Below, one piece after another: positions 23,755 through 35,954 of a DNA stretch of 64,000 nucleotides. The position numbers were made by a program, and so were the translations under genes. How positions within the stretch are numbered: position 1 is the stretch's first letter; the number at the start of each line of letters is the position of its first letter. The notes beneath the pieces were generated by a model. It was not told the origin of the DNA and ran no database searches. It saw only the letters and a program-made list of their open reading frames with translations. Source of the DNA: Octopus vulgaris (taxonomy: Eukaryota); NCBI GenBank assembly GCA_951406725.2, contig OX597816.1:20708001-20772000 (forward strand), given 5' to 3'.

Positions 23755-24471
23755 ATGAGGATAGCTGTGTGAAAAAGTGCCACACCCTAGCGGTTGGGGT
23801 AACCTGTGGAAGAGGTAGACCCAGGAAGACCTGGGATGAGGTGGTGAAGAACGACCTTCAAACATTAAGCCTCACCGAGGCAATGACTAGTGACTGAGAC
23901 CTTTGGAAATATGCAGTGCGTGAGAAGACCCTGCAAGCCAAGTGAGACCATAACCCGTAGCTTATGCCAGGGGTGTAACCAGCCCACTTTGCGTACCTTT
24001 CCTTATTGGACACTAAGCTCTGCTTGCAAAGACCTGTTGAGGCAAATGAAATTGAAATCGAATCAAATTCGATGACTGGCACCTGTGCCAATGGAGCACT
24101 AAGCGCACCATCCGAGTGTGATTGTTACCAGAGCAGCTGACTGGCTTTTGTGCCAGTGGCACATAAAAATGCCGGTGGCATGTGAAAAAATATTCGAGTG
24201 AGGTCATTGCCAGTGTCACTGGACTGGCTCCTGTGCAGGTGGCACATAAAAAACACCATTTGAGCATGGTCATTGCCAGTACCGCCTAACTGGCCCTCAT
24301 GTCGATGGCACGTAAAAACACCCACTACTCTCTCAGAGTGGTTGCCATTAGGAAGGGCATCCAGCTTTAGAAACTCTGCCAGATCAGATTGGAGCTTGGT
24401 GCAGCCATCTGGTTCACCAGTCCTCAGTCAAACCGTCCAACCCATGCTAGCATGGAAAGCAGACGTTAAAC

Positions 24472-24510
<39 letters not shown>

Positions 24511-24540
24511 GATGACGATGATGACGACGATGACGATTAT
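23755..24540 (+). mobile_element. RTE-clade LINE 3' end: ORF C-terminus, minisatellite 3'UTR, (GAT)n tail
   Basis: Translation KCHTLAVGVTCGRGRPRKTWDEVVKNDLQTLSLTEAMTSD*DLWKYAV. GRGRP.KTW is the RTE C-terminal motif. Confidence 0.85.
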
Positions 24541-24814
24541 AAGTAGCATTTTGATGAAATTTCCCCCAGTATTTTATATAAAGGTACCCAAACTTCTTTT
24601 ATGAACGTCAGTAGCTCCAAAAATAATCATTCAGTAAGCATTGTATCTCGTTTTAGAAAGAAAATTATTTCATTCTACTGTTCTTACCTTGAATAAATTA
24701 TTGAAGTAGCTCTAGAATCATTTATAAATTGTAATTTTAACATTTTATTTGCATTTCACATACTTAAAGCTCCATTTCACCACATTCTTTTTTTTATATA
24801 TATATTCTTTTAAT

Positions 24815-25765
24815 CTTTTATTCTTTTACTTGATTCAGTCATTTGACTGTGGCCATGCTGGTGCACCACCTTTAGTCGAGCAAATTGACCCCAGGACTTA
24901 TTCTTTTGTAAGACTAGTACTTATTCTATCAATCTCTTTTGCCGAAGGACGTAAACGCAACAGCATCGATTGTGAAGTGATGTTGGGGGGGACAAATATA
25001 TACACACACATACATATATACATATATACGTATTTCTTTATTACCCACAAGGGGCTAAACATAGAGGGGACAAACAATGACAGACATAGGTATTAAGTCG
25101 ATTACATCGACTCCAGTGCATAACTGGTACTTTATTTATCGACCCCGAAAGGATGAAAGGCAAAGTCGACCTCGGCAGAATTTGAACTCAGAACGTAACG
25201 GCAGACGAAATACCGCTAAGCATTTCACCCGGCGTGCTAACGTGTCTGCCAGCTCACCGCCACATATATATACATATATACGACGAGCTTCTTTCAGTTT
25301 CCATCTACCAAATTCACTCACAAGGCTTTGGTCGGCCCAAGGCTGCCATGCAGTGGGACTGAACCCGGAACCATGTGATTGGTAAGCAAGCTACTTACTA
25401 CACAACCACTCCTGCACCTATATATACTCTCTTTTACTTGCTCTTTTACTCTTTTACATGTTTCAGTCATTTTGACTGTGACCATGCTGGAGCATCGCCT
25501 TTAGTCAAGCAGATCGACCACAGGACTTATTCTTTTGGAGGGGACAAACACAGACATGCAAACATATACACACACACACACATATATATATGTATATATA
25601 CGATGGGCTTCTTTCAGTTTCCGTCTATCAGATCCACTCACAAGGCTTTGGTTGGCCCGAGGCTATAGTAGAAGACACTTGCCCGAGGTGTCATGCAGTG
25701 GGACTGAACTCGTAACCATGTGATTGGTAAGCAAGCTACTTACCTCACAGCCACTCCTGCACCTA
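24815..25765 (-). mobile_element. Two SINE A copies, the first with a nested SINE B (25031-25262)
   Basis: Family matches. SINE B sits in the SINE A central microsatellite. Confidence 0.85.
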
Positions 25766-28700
25766 TATATACATATGTTTTTCTCCTCTACATTGCCCAC
25801 ACATTAGACATTCTCATAACCAAGGTAACTGAATCACATTTACAATCCACAGATTTGTTATATTCAATTCTGCCCTCTTTTTAACCTCTTTCATTTTCCT
25901 TCTTGCTCTTTTCCTATTTCTACTTCTGGCTTCTTCAAGATGATTCCATTTTTCCAAGGTGCCATGCAGTGGGACTGAACCCGGAACCATGTGATTGGTA
26001 AGCAAGCTACTTACCTCACAGCCACTCCTGCACCTATATATACATATGTTTTTCTCCTCTACATTGCCCACACATTAGACATTCTCATAACCAAGGTAAC
26101 TGAATCACATTTACAATCCACAGATTTGTTATATTCAATTCTGCCCTCTTTTTAACCTCTTTCATTTTCCTTCTTGCTCTTTTCCTATTTCTACTTCTGG
26201 CTTCTTCAAGATGATTCCATTTTTCCAAGGTGCCATGCAGTGGGACTGAACCCGGAACCATGTGATTGGTAAGCAAGCTACTTGCCACACAGCCTCTCCT
26301 GCACCTATATATACATATTTTTTTTTCCTCTACATTGCCCACACATTAGACATTCTCATAACCAAGGTAACTGAATCCCATTTACAATCCACAGATTCGT
26401 TATATTCAATTCTGCCCTCTTTTTAACCTCTTTCATTTTCCTTCTTGCTCTTTTCCTATTTCTACTTCTGGCTTCTTCAAGATGATTCCATTTTTCCAAG
26501 GTGCCATGCAGTGGGACTGAACCCGGAACCATGTGATTGGTAAGCAAGCTACTTGCCACACAGCCTCTCCTGCACCTATATATACATTTTTTTTTTCCTC
26601 TACATTGCCCACACATTAGACATTCTCATAACCAAGGTAACTGAATCCCATTTACAATCCACAGATTCGTTATATTCAATTCTGCCCTCTTTTTAACCTC
26701 TTTCATTTTCCTTCTTGCTCTTTTCCTATTTCTACTTCTGGCTTCTTCAAGATGATTCCATTTTTCCAAGGTGCCATGCAGTGGGACTGAACCCGGAACC
26801 ATGTGATTGGTAAGCAAGCTACTTGCCACACAGCCTCTCCTGCACCTATATATACATATTTTTTTCCTCTACATTGCCCACACATTAGACATTCTCATAA
26901 CCAAGGTAACTGAATCCCATTTACAATCCACAGATTCGTTATATTCAATTCTGCCCTCTTTTTAACCTCTTTCATTTTCCTTCTTGCTCTTTTCCTATTT
27001 CTACTTCTGGCTTCTTCAAGATGATTCCATTTTTCCAAGGTGCCATGCAGTGGGACTGAACCCGGAACCATGTGATTGGTAAGCAAGCTACTTGCCACAC
27101 AGCCTCTCCTGCACCTATATATACATATTTTTTTTCCTCTACATTGCCCACACATTAGACATTCTCATAACCAAGGTAACTGAATCCCATTTACAATCCA
27201 CAGATTCGTTATATTCAATTCTGCCCTCTTTTTAACCTCTTTCATTTTCCTTCTTGCTCTTTTCCTATTTCTACTTCTGGCTTCTTCAAGATGATTCCAT
27301 TTTTCCAAGGTGCCATGCAGTGGGACTGAACCCGGAACCATGTGATTGGTAAGCAAGCTACTTACCTCACAGCCACTCCTGCACCTATATATACATATGT
27401 TTTTCTCCTCTACATTGCCCACACATTAGACATTCTCATAACCAAGGTAACTGAATCCCATTTACAATCCACAGATTTGTTATATTCAATTCTGCCCTCT
27501 TTTTAACCTCTTTCATTTTCCTTCTTGCTCTTTTCCTATTTCTACTTCTGGCTTCTTCAAGATGATTCCATTTTTCCAAGGTGCCATGCAGTGGGACTGA
27601 ACCCGGAACCATGTGATTGGTAAGCAAGCTACTTGCCACACAGCCTCTCCTGCACCTATATATACATATTTTTTTTTCCTCTACATTGCCCACACATTAG
27701 ACATTCTCATAACCAAGGTAACTGAATCCCATTTACAATCCACAGATTCGTTATATTCAATTCTGCCCTCTTTTTAACCTCTTTCATTTTCCTTCTTGCT
27801 CTTTTCCTATTTCTACTTCTGGCTTCTTCAAGATGATTCCATTTTTCCAAGGTGCCATGCAGTGGGACTGAACCCGGAACCATGTGATTGGTAAGCAAGC
27901 TACTTACCTCACAGCCACTCCTGCACCTATATATACATATGTTTTTCTCCTCTACATTGCCCACACATTAGACATTCTCATAGCCAAGATAACTGAATCA
28001 CATTTATAATCCACAGATTTGTTATATTCAATTCTGCCCTCTTTTTAACCTCTTTCATTTTCCTTCTTGCTCTTTTCCTATTTCTACTTCTGGCTTCTTC
28101 AAGATGATTCCATTTTTCCAAGGTGCCATGCAGTGGGACTGAACCCGGAACCATGTGATTGGTAAGCAAGCTACTTACCTCACAGCCACTCCTGCACCTA
28201 TATATACATATGTTTTTCTCCTCTACATTGCCCACACATTAGACATTCTCATAGCCAAGATAACTGAATCACATTTATAATCCACAGATTTGTTATATTC
28301 AATTCTGCCCTCTTTTTAACCTCTTTCATTTTCCTTCTTGCTCTTTTCCTATTTCTACTTCTGGCTTCTTCAAGATGATTCCATTTTTCCAAGGTGCCAT
28401 GCAGTGGGACTGAACCCGGAACCATGTGATTGGTAAGCAAGCTACTTACCTCACAGCCACTCCTGCACCTATATATACATATGTTTTTCTCCTCTACATT
28501 GCCCACACATTAGACATTCTCATAGCCAAGATAACTGAATCACATTTATAATCCACAGATTTGTTATATTCAATTCTGCCCTCTTTTTAACCTCTTTCAT
28601 TTTCCTTCTTGCTCTTTTCCTATTTCTACTTCTGGCTTCTTCAAGATGATTCCATTTTTCCAAGGTGCCATGCAGTGGGACTGAACCCGGAACCATGTGA

Positions 28701-29330
28701 TTGGTAAGCAAGCTACTTACCTCACAGCCTCTCCTGCACCTATATATACATATTTTTTTTTCCTCTACATTGCCCACACATTAGACATTCTCATAGCCAA
28801 GGTAACTGAATCACATTTACAATCCACAGATTTGTTATATTCAATTCTGCCCTCTTTTTAACCTCTTTCATTTTCCTTCTTGCTCTTTTCCTATTTCTAC
28901 TTCTGTGGAGGCGCAATGGCCCAGTGGTTAGGGCAGCGTACTCGCGGTCATAGGATCGCGGTTTCGATTCCCAGACCGGGCGTTGTGAGTGTTTATTGAG
29001 CGAAAACACCTAAAGCTGCACGAGGCTCCAGCAGGGATGGTGGTGATCCCTGCTGTACTCTTTCACCACAACTTTCTCTCACTCATACTTCCTGTTTCTG
29101 TTGTACCTGTATTTCAAAGGGCCGGCCTTGTCACTCTCTGTGTCACGCTGAATATCCCCGAGAACTACGTTAAGGGTACACGTGTCTGTGGAGTGCTCAG
29201 CCACTTACACGTTAATTTCATGAGCAGGCTGTTCCGCTGATCGGATCAACCGGAACCCTCGTCGTCGTAACCGACGGAATGCTTCCAAAAATTTCTACTT
29301 GTGGCTTCTTCAAGATGATTCCATTTTTTT
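25683..29330. repeat. Tandem array of 12 units of ~270-271 bp (SINE A tRNA head plus ~185 bp of flank)
   Basis: Repeated ORF ends at 25814, 26085, 26356, 26626, 26895, 27165, 27436, 27707, 27978, 28249, 28520 and 28791. Units differ at only a few sites. Confidence 0.97.
28905..29290 (+). mobile_element. SINE C inserted in the last array unit
   Basis: TSD atttctacttctg / atttctacttgtg. The unit sequence resumes at ~29291. Confidence 0.9.
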
Positions 29331-30481
29331 CCCTTTTTCAGCTATCATTGGTTGTTGATTCAAAACGATTTGGCTTTTTAGTTTTTCTAATTCTTACTCC
29401 TTAACCTTTCGCAGTTCATTGCCATGTTCTTTCTAATGATGTTCTGATTCAGAAATCCAGGAAGCATTTACTGCTTGAGCTTTTGAAGAAGAACGGCATA
29501 AAGTATGCACTCTCTTTGGTCTCTTGACGAAAATAATTTTTTTTTTAATCAGTTATGAGCAAACACATTATTGTAACAAGGAGAGGGAATAAATGGGAAT
29601 AAATGGATTCTTTAATATTTTCCAAAATATGCAAATATTTTTTAAAACTCCATTTAATTATTCAGCATTTATATTATTTGTAATCTACACATTAAAAGAT
29701 ATTGCCTAGAGGCAAAGCATAACCGACCATTATCAGTTAAGCACTTTTTTTAATTTTTTTTTATTTCTCTTTTCTTTTGTTTCTTTTCCTTTTTTTTTTC
29801 CTTTTTTTCTTTTTATTTTTTGTTCTTTTTTTCCCTTTTACGATCCCTTTTGATTGAAAACCTACGCCACCTTTTTTTTTGTTTCTTTTGTTTTTTGTTT
29901 TTTTCATCCCCCAAAAGAAAAGCTCTACCTTGTAACTTGTCCCATCTGTGTGCAGCCCTGTGTGGCCAATAAAGAAACTTATCAGTTAAGCACTTTATGG
30001 AAATTAGAATTTCTTTTTTTCTGTTTTACTATATATTGTGCTTAAATAAATACTCATCAGACCTCCCACAGAATTATACATGAAAGGATCAGGGCTCTTC
30101 TAATGGCAACCCAACTGGCCTTGACATTTCTTAATAAACGAAAGATAACATAAATTTTATGGATGCTTATGGAAGGGCGGTGAATATCGCCATGTCACAA
30201 GATCATTCTCATTCATCAATAGCATAAAAATTTCAATGTATATAATATAATGTATTCATGAACAGATATTGATGTCGCATTTATAATTATGATACTAATA
30301 TCGTAATTTTTTAAAAATTCATTTTATGTTATCCTATGCTGTTGACATAAATCTCTTGGGTTTTACGGTCTGTATGGATACTTTGTTTTACTGGATTGAT
30401 TTTCCTCCTAAGCAATATCCATACGAGTGCTGATTGAGGCAAACATCTGGATTTCACATCTCCTTTCATATGTGTGTGTAT

Positions 30482-30901
30482 ATAGGCACAGGAGTGGCTG
30501 TGTGGTAAGTAGCTTGCTAACCAACCACATGGTTCCGGGTTCAGTCCCACAGTGTGGCAACTTGGGCAAGTGTCTTCTGCTATAGCCCCGGACCAACCAA
30601 TGCCTTGTGAGTGGATTTGGTAGGCGGAAACTGAAAGAAGCCTGTCGTATATATGTATATATATATATATGTATGTGTGTGTGTATGTGTTTGTTTGTCT
30701 GTGTTTGTCCCCCTAGCATTGCTTGACAACCGATGCTGGTGTGTTTACATCCCTGTCACTTAGCGGTTCGGCAAAAGAGACCGATAGAATAAGTACTGGG
30801 CTTACAAAGAATAAGTCCTGGTGTCGATTAGCTTGACTAAAGGCGGTGCTCCAGCATGGCCACTGTTAAAGGACTGAAACAAGTAAAAGATAAATGATAA
30901 A

Positions 30902-30905
<4 letters not shown>
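30482..30905 (+). mobile_element. SINE A
   Basis: Full-length family match. Confidence 0.92.
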
Positions 30906-30960
<55 letters not shown>

Positions 30961-30967
<7 letters not shown>

Positions 30968-31670
30968 AAGGGTTAGGCAAAAGAATTTGCTTCACCACAC
31001 ACCGAACTTTAGAAATAGCAGCAAAAAAAAAAAAAGAAACTAGCTATTTCTCCTACTGTAAGAAACAACTTCCAGACAATATATGCTCAAAAACAAATCA
31101 TGTAGGCAGAGAAAGAAAATAACGAAATTCACCCGGCATAAGATTAACTGTACACGTTTCGAAATTAGATAGATATGAAAAATGTAAGAATTGCATTTCC
31201 ATTCTGATCATTTTTCATACCATTATCATACCGATAATGGTCTTTTACATACCGAATCACTACTTGGTGGAATTATTAATTATTAATTAATTAATTAATT
31301 TTACCCTTATTATATATATATATATTTATAAATATATTAAAGAATGGAGTTGAACGATGAATTAACAAAATTCCTTTATTTTCGACATATGTTTCGAAGG
31401 CTGCATATTCCTAATTGCAAAGGAATAAGGAGTATATTATGCCGCTTTCTCATGAGGAAAAGCAAGGAACTTATGTCAACATCAAGATGCACAAAAAACT
31501 TTTAGATGACTGCTCACACGGGGCCCATAGCGATAATCTTTTAAAAAAAACATACAAATTTCCACACGAAAGCACGTAACTTCAAACGTGTCTTCTCTGA
31601 TGTGAATTTGCTATCCAGGTATCGGTTAACCGAATTACCCATAACAAGATAATTCATTCTACTACACAAA
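30961..31670 (-). mobile_element. Penelope-like pLTR remnants in TA repeats, with a hammerhead-like motif at 31379-31461
   Basis: Minus UUUUC-CUcAUGA-long stem II (gaaagcggcata/tatgcagccttc)-GAAAC-AUAU-GUC-GAAAA. A partial GAAACGUGUA lies at ~31148-31162. Confidence 0.6.
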
Positions 31671-31855
31671 TATATATATATATATTTATATATATATTTA
31701 TATATATATCATATATAATATATATATATATGTATTATATATATATATATAATATCCCTGCATAACTCACATCTATTTTCATTCCTCCACCTTACTCTCT
31801 ATTTCATACCAAAGGTAAACCATACAGATTAAAGCCACTTAGCACAGATTGACCT

Positions 31856-32562
31856 TGAACTCTGTTGTGCATGTGCAATAAGTTTTAAAGTTCTTGCTCA
31901 CTTCCACTGTTTACAGCAGTGCTTGGAAGGAAGGTGTGTAGCATGTGATCGTCACAAGGACCATGGCAGAGAAAATTGAGCTGAAAATCTGCATCAAATT
32001 TTGCCAAAAGCTTGGCGATACCTGCTCAGAGGCCTACACAAAGTTTTTGAAAAGTTTTCATCGTTCTTGACACAATCAAGGTCTGAAACCCGAGTGTCTC
32101 TTTGGTCTGCAAAAGCATTTTTGGTGCAAATTTGGCAGACACATGACCCATAACCAAATCTTCAGTGATAATGGACTGAACTGAATGATAACTAATCTGC
32201 ACATCCTCTGATAACTCACAGATGGTGATTTGATTATTTCCCCTCACATCTGCATGCACATCTGCAATGTTTTTCTCAGTTCTGCTGGTTGTGAGTCTCC
32301 CATAATGTTCACCAATATCAACATTTTTTGGCCATCTTGTAAATGTCTGAAGCACTCATACACTTGTGTGCAGCTCACACACTCCTCACCATGCACTTTC
32401 TGCAACTCTGCATAGGCCTCTGAGCAAGTATCACCATGACAACTTTCTCCGTCAAGGTCAATGCGATAATCATACGCTACACACTTTCCTTCCAAGCACT
32501 GCTGTAAACAGTTGAAGTAAAGTAGAGTGTTAAAACTTAGTGTACATGCTCAGCAGAGTTCA
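31856..32562 (-). mobile_element. Mariner 5' remnant (N-terminal HTH) with an inverted duplication of its 5' end
   Basis: CSEAYAELQKVHGEECVSCTQVYECFRHLQDG...GRLTTSRTEKNIADV...QITICELSEDVQISYHSVQSIITEDL..VSAKFAPKML. 31856-32050 mirrors ~32400-32562. Confidence 0.8.
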
Positions 32563-33244
32563 TATGCTTAATGATTTATAGGTACACAGTACTTCATTAT
32601 GCAAAAATAATACACCATAAAGTATATTAAATTATTTTATAAGTCAACAGCATGTAATTCTGTGCTAGCAGTGCTTTTTACATTATTTTGTTTAGGTTAT
32701 TTCTACCGATATTCTATAAGAATTTTAGCGAGCACTGATTTTTCTACAATGTCTTGGTGTTTAATTGAATCTTTTTCTAGAAATTAAAATGTTTGAAGTA
32801 GCAAGCAGTTCAAGTTAAAAGAAATTAATCAGCTAATTATGCCTCAGCTTCGTTGTCGAGTACCAAGCACATGCAAATGATATATCATGACATTCATAAA
32901 TTCCAGCGTAGAATACATTTGCAATAGTTTATTGAGATATAAGAGGCATTATGTACATATGTTTATAGGAATGATTCAAAGAAATGAGAAAACCCAGACT
33001 CTGGTTGAACCGTCCAACACATGCTAGCATGGAAAACGGACGTTAAACAATGATGATGTTGATGATGGTGACCTTGTAAATATAAATAATACAGGAATAG
33101 AAGAGAAAAAAAACTAATTCAACATTTATATCAGATACGGAAAAAATAACTTTGTCCTGTTTATTACATTTAAACAAGGTTTATTTTGGCTTTGAACACA
33201 TTTGAGCTTTTTTAAACTTATAAATATATTTCCATTCTTAGTAT

Positions 33245-33740
33245 ATAGGCGCAGGAGAGGCTGTGTGGTAAGTAGCTTGCTTACCAACCACATGGTTCCG
33301 GGCTCAGTCCCACTGTGTGGCACCTTGGTCAAGTATCTTCTCAGGCCGACCAAAGCCTTGTGAGTGGATTTGGTAGATGGAAACTGAAAGAAGCCCGTCG
33401 TATATGTGTGTGTGTGTGTGCCTTTGTGTCTGTGTTTGTCCCCCACCACCACTTGAGAATAGTGTGCTGAAGTGTTTACATCCCTGTAACTTAGCAGCTT
33501 AACTAAGTTTAGCAGAGACTGATAGAGTAAGTACCAGGCACATAAAAAGCACCCACTACATTCTTTGGTTGGCATTAGGAAGAGCTTCCAGCTGTAGAAA
33601 CCTTGCCAGCTCAGATTGGAGCCTGGTGCAGCATACTGGCTTACCAGTCCTCAATCAAATCGTCCAACCCATGCCAGTATGGAAAGCAGACATTAAACAA
33701 TGATGATAATGTTGATGATGATGATGACGATGATGATGAT
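33245..33740 (+). mobile_element. SINE A 5' part fused to an RTE 3'UTR with (GAT)n tail
   Basis: Sequence switches family at ~33538. Confidence 0.8.
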
Positions 33741-34313
33741 ATATTTATTCTCTGTTTGTCTTTCTGTTCTGATTAAAAAACCATTTCTTTGTACAGAATA
33801 ATAATTTACATTCTCAGATTTAGGTTTGTCATACTCAGACAATGAATTAACCATTAAGCAAAACAAGCATGTGCTTAGAGCATCTAGGGGAGGGAAACCA
33901 CAGAAATGGTAATTGGTTTACAGCACAAAAGAAATCTCTTTAAACTTACTAAAATAATATTCAAAATGTTTTTTATGACTGGAACTATAATTTCAAAGTG
34001 TTCATGTTTTCATAGTGTGGATCTGACCAAGAACTTTACAATTAAATGAAAGTAGGAGAAAACTTCACAAATATAAATACATATGCACAAATAAACATTA
34101 TTTTCCATCTTACTGTCAGTTTTGTTTCATTTTGGAAAAATAAATTTGCTTAATGGTTTATTATTTATATTTTAAATTACATATAAATTGAGGGCACTAG
34201 AGTCTTATATGTGCTTAGGGCCTGTATGGGTCTTAATCCAACTCAGGACTTAGGACATTTAAAGCTGGATCTTAATTCAGTTTCCATGGTCTATAAATAA
34301 CTGAGATTACAAC

Positions 34314-35900
34314 ACACCCTGACTCCAAATGGGATGTCAGTTCTTTGTAGGTTTAGCTTCCCAGTTATTACTAGAGTCATATACAGCTAAGTGGACTGAA
34401 GCAACATTAAATGAAGTATTTTCTCCAAGAACACAATAAACTGTCCCATTTAGGAATTAAAACCACACTCTTACAATCATGAGGTCAACATGCTAACCAT
34501 CAGACCATGCACATTCTCTAAGTTTTTTAAAAACCACTAAAAGTGACATAGACTTTGAACTTGTCTTTGAAAAGCTAACTATACAAATGTCAAGTCGGAC
34601 TGCTGAAATCTACAAATTTTTTTTTTCATTTTCTCACTGTTTATTTTCTGTTGTTCCTTTCTGCTGAAGAGCGTTTGCTCAAAACATAAATGACTTTTCA
34701 TTTTTCCCGAGCATCAAACTAATACACTTGCTTGTTGTTCAAACACCTGTCTTCATCTTTTATTTTTCTATAAATTTTAACTATACTATACAAGCTTCCA
34801 GCTAGTAATTTGCAAAACTGTAACCCTTCAACTTAGAGTATACAAGTCTAGACTTTATTTCCGAATGTCATTGTATTCACACAGCCATTTGCAACTGACA
34901 GCAGTGTGCAAACAATACATCGATTTTACTATCAATTCATCCAGCTGAGGAGGTTGAAGTAGTCTTGAATCATTTATAGAATTAGGAATTCAACTGTTCC
35001 TAATTAAGCTATAAGGAACTAATAAGGAAATATGAAATGTTCTAAATATAAGGGATTAACCTCAAACACAAGATTCCCATCTTTATTACATGTTTCAAAG
35101 ACGGGCTGTTTGCATATGCTGTCCAATAGATGAGGTGTGTGTGTGTGGATAGATGGATGGACGGATGGATGGATAGACAGATAGGCAGACAAACAGGCAG
35201 ATAAACTGACAGACAGGCAGGCAGATAGACAGATAGACAGATCTTTTTTTGCTTGTTTCACTCATTGAACTGTGGCAATGCTGGAGCACAACTTTGAAGG
35301 GTTTAGTTAAACAAATTGATGTATACATAGGCACAGGAGTGACTGTGTGATAAGTAGCTTACTTACCAACTACATGGTTCTGGGTTCAGTCCCACTGCAT
35401 AGCACCTTGGGCAAGTGTTTTCTACTATAGCCTCAGGCCGACCAAAGCCATGTGAGTGGATTTGGTAGACGGAAACTGGAAGAAGCCCGTTGTACATATG
35501 TATATCTATATATATGTGAGTGTGTGTGTGTGTTTGTGTGTCTGTTTGTCCCCCCAACATTGCTTGACAACCTATGCTGGTGTGTTTACGTCCCCATAAC
35601 TTAGCAGTTCGGCAAAAGAGACCAATAGAATACATACTAGGCTTACAAAGAATAAGTACTAGGGTCAATTTGCTCGATTAAAGGCAGTGCTCCAGCATGG
35701 CCACAGTCACATGACTGAAACAAGTAAACGAGGAAAGAGTAAAGAGTATACTTTCACACAGTTTCTGTCTACCACATTTCCTAACACAGCTTTGGTTGGC
35801 CTGGGACTATAAAACTACTGGCCCAGGGTTCCACATAGTGAAAGTGAAACTAACTGTGTAGTTGTAAAGCAAGATTCTCAACTACACAACCAAGATCCGT

Positions 35901-35954
<54 letters not shown>

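Noticed and set aside
25683-28904. CRISPR-like array or tandem 85-aa gene family
   Set aside because: There are no unique spacers, since whole units are near-identical, and no cas genes. The context is eukaryotic, and the ORF is a read-through of a SINE head plus flank.
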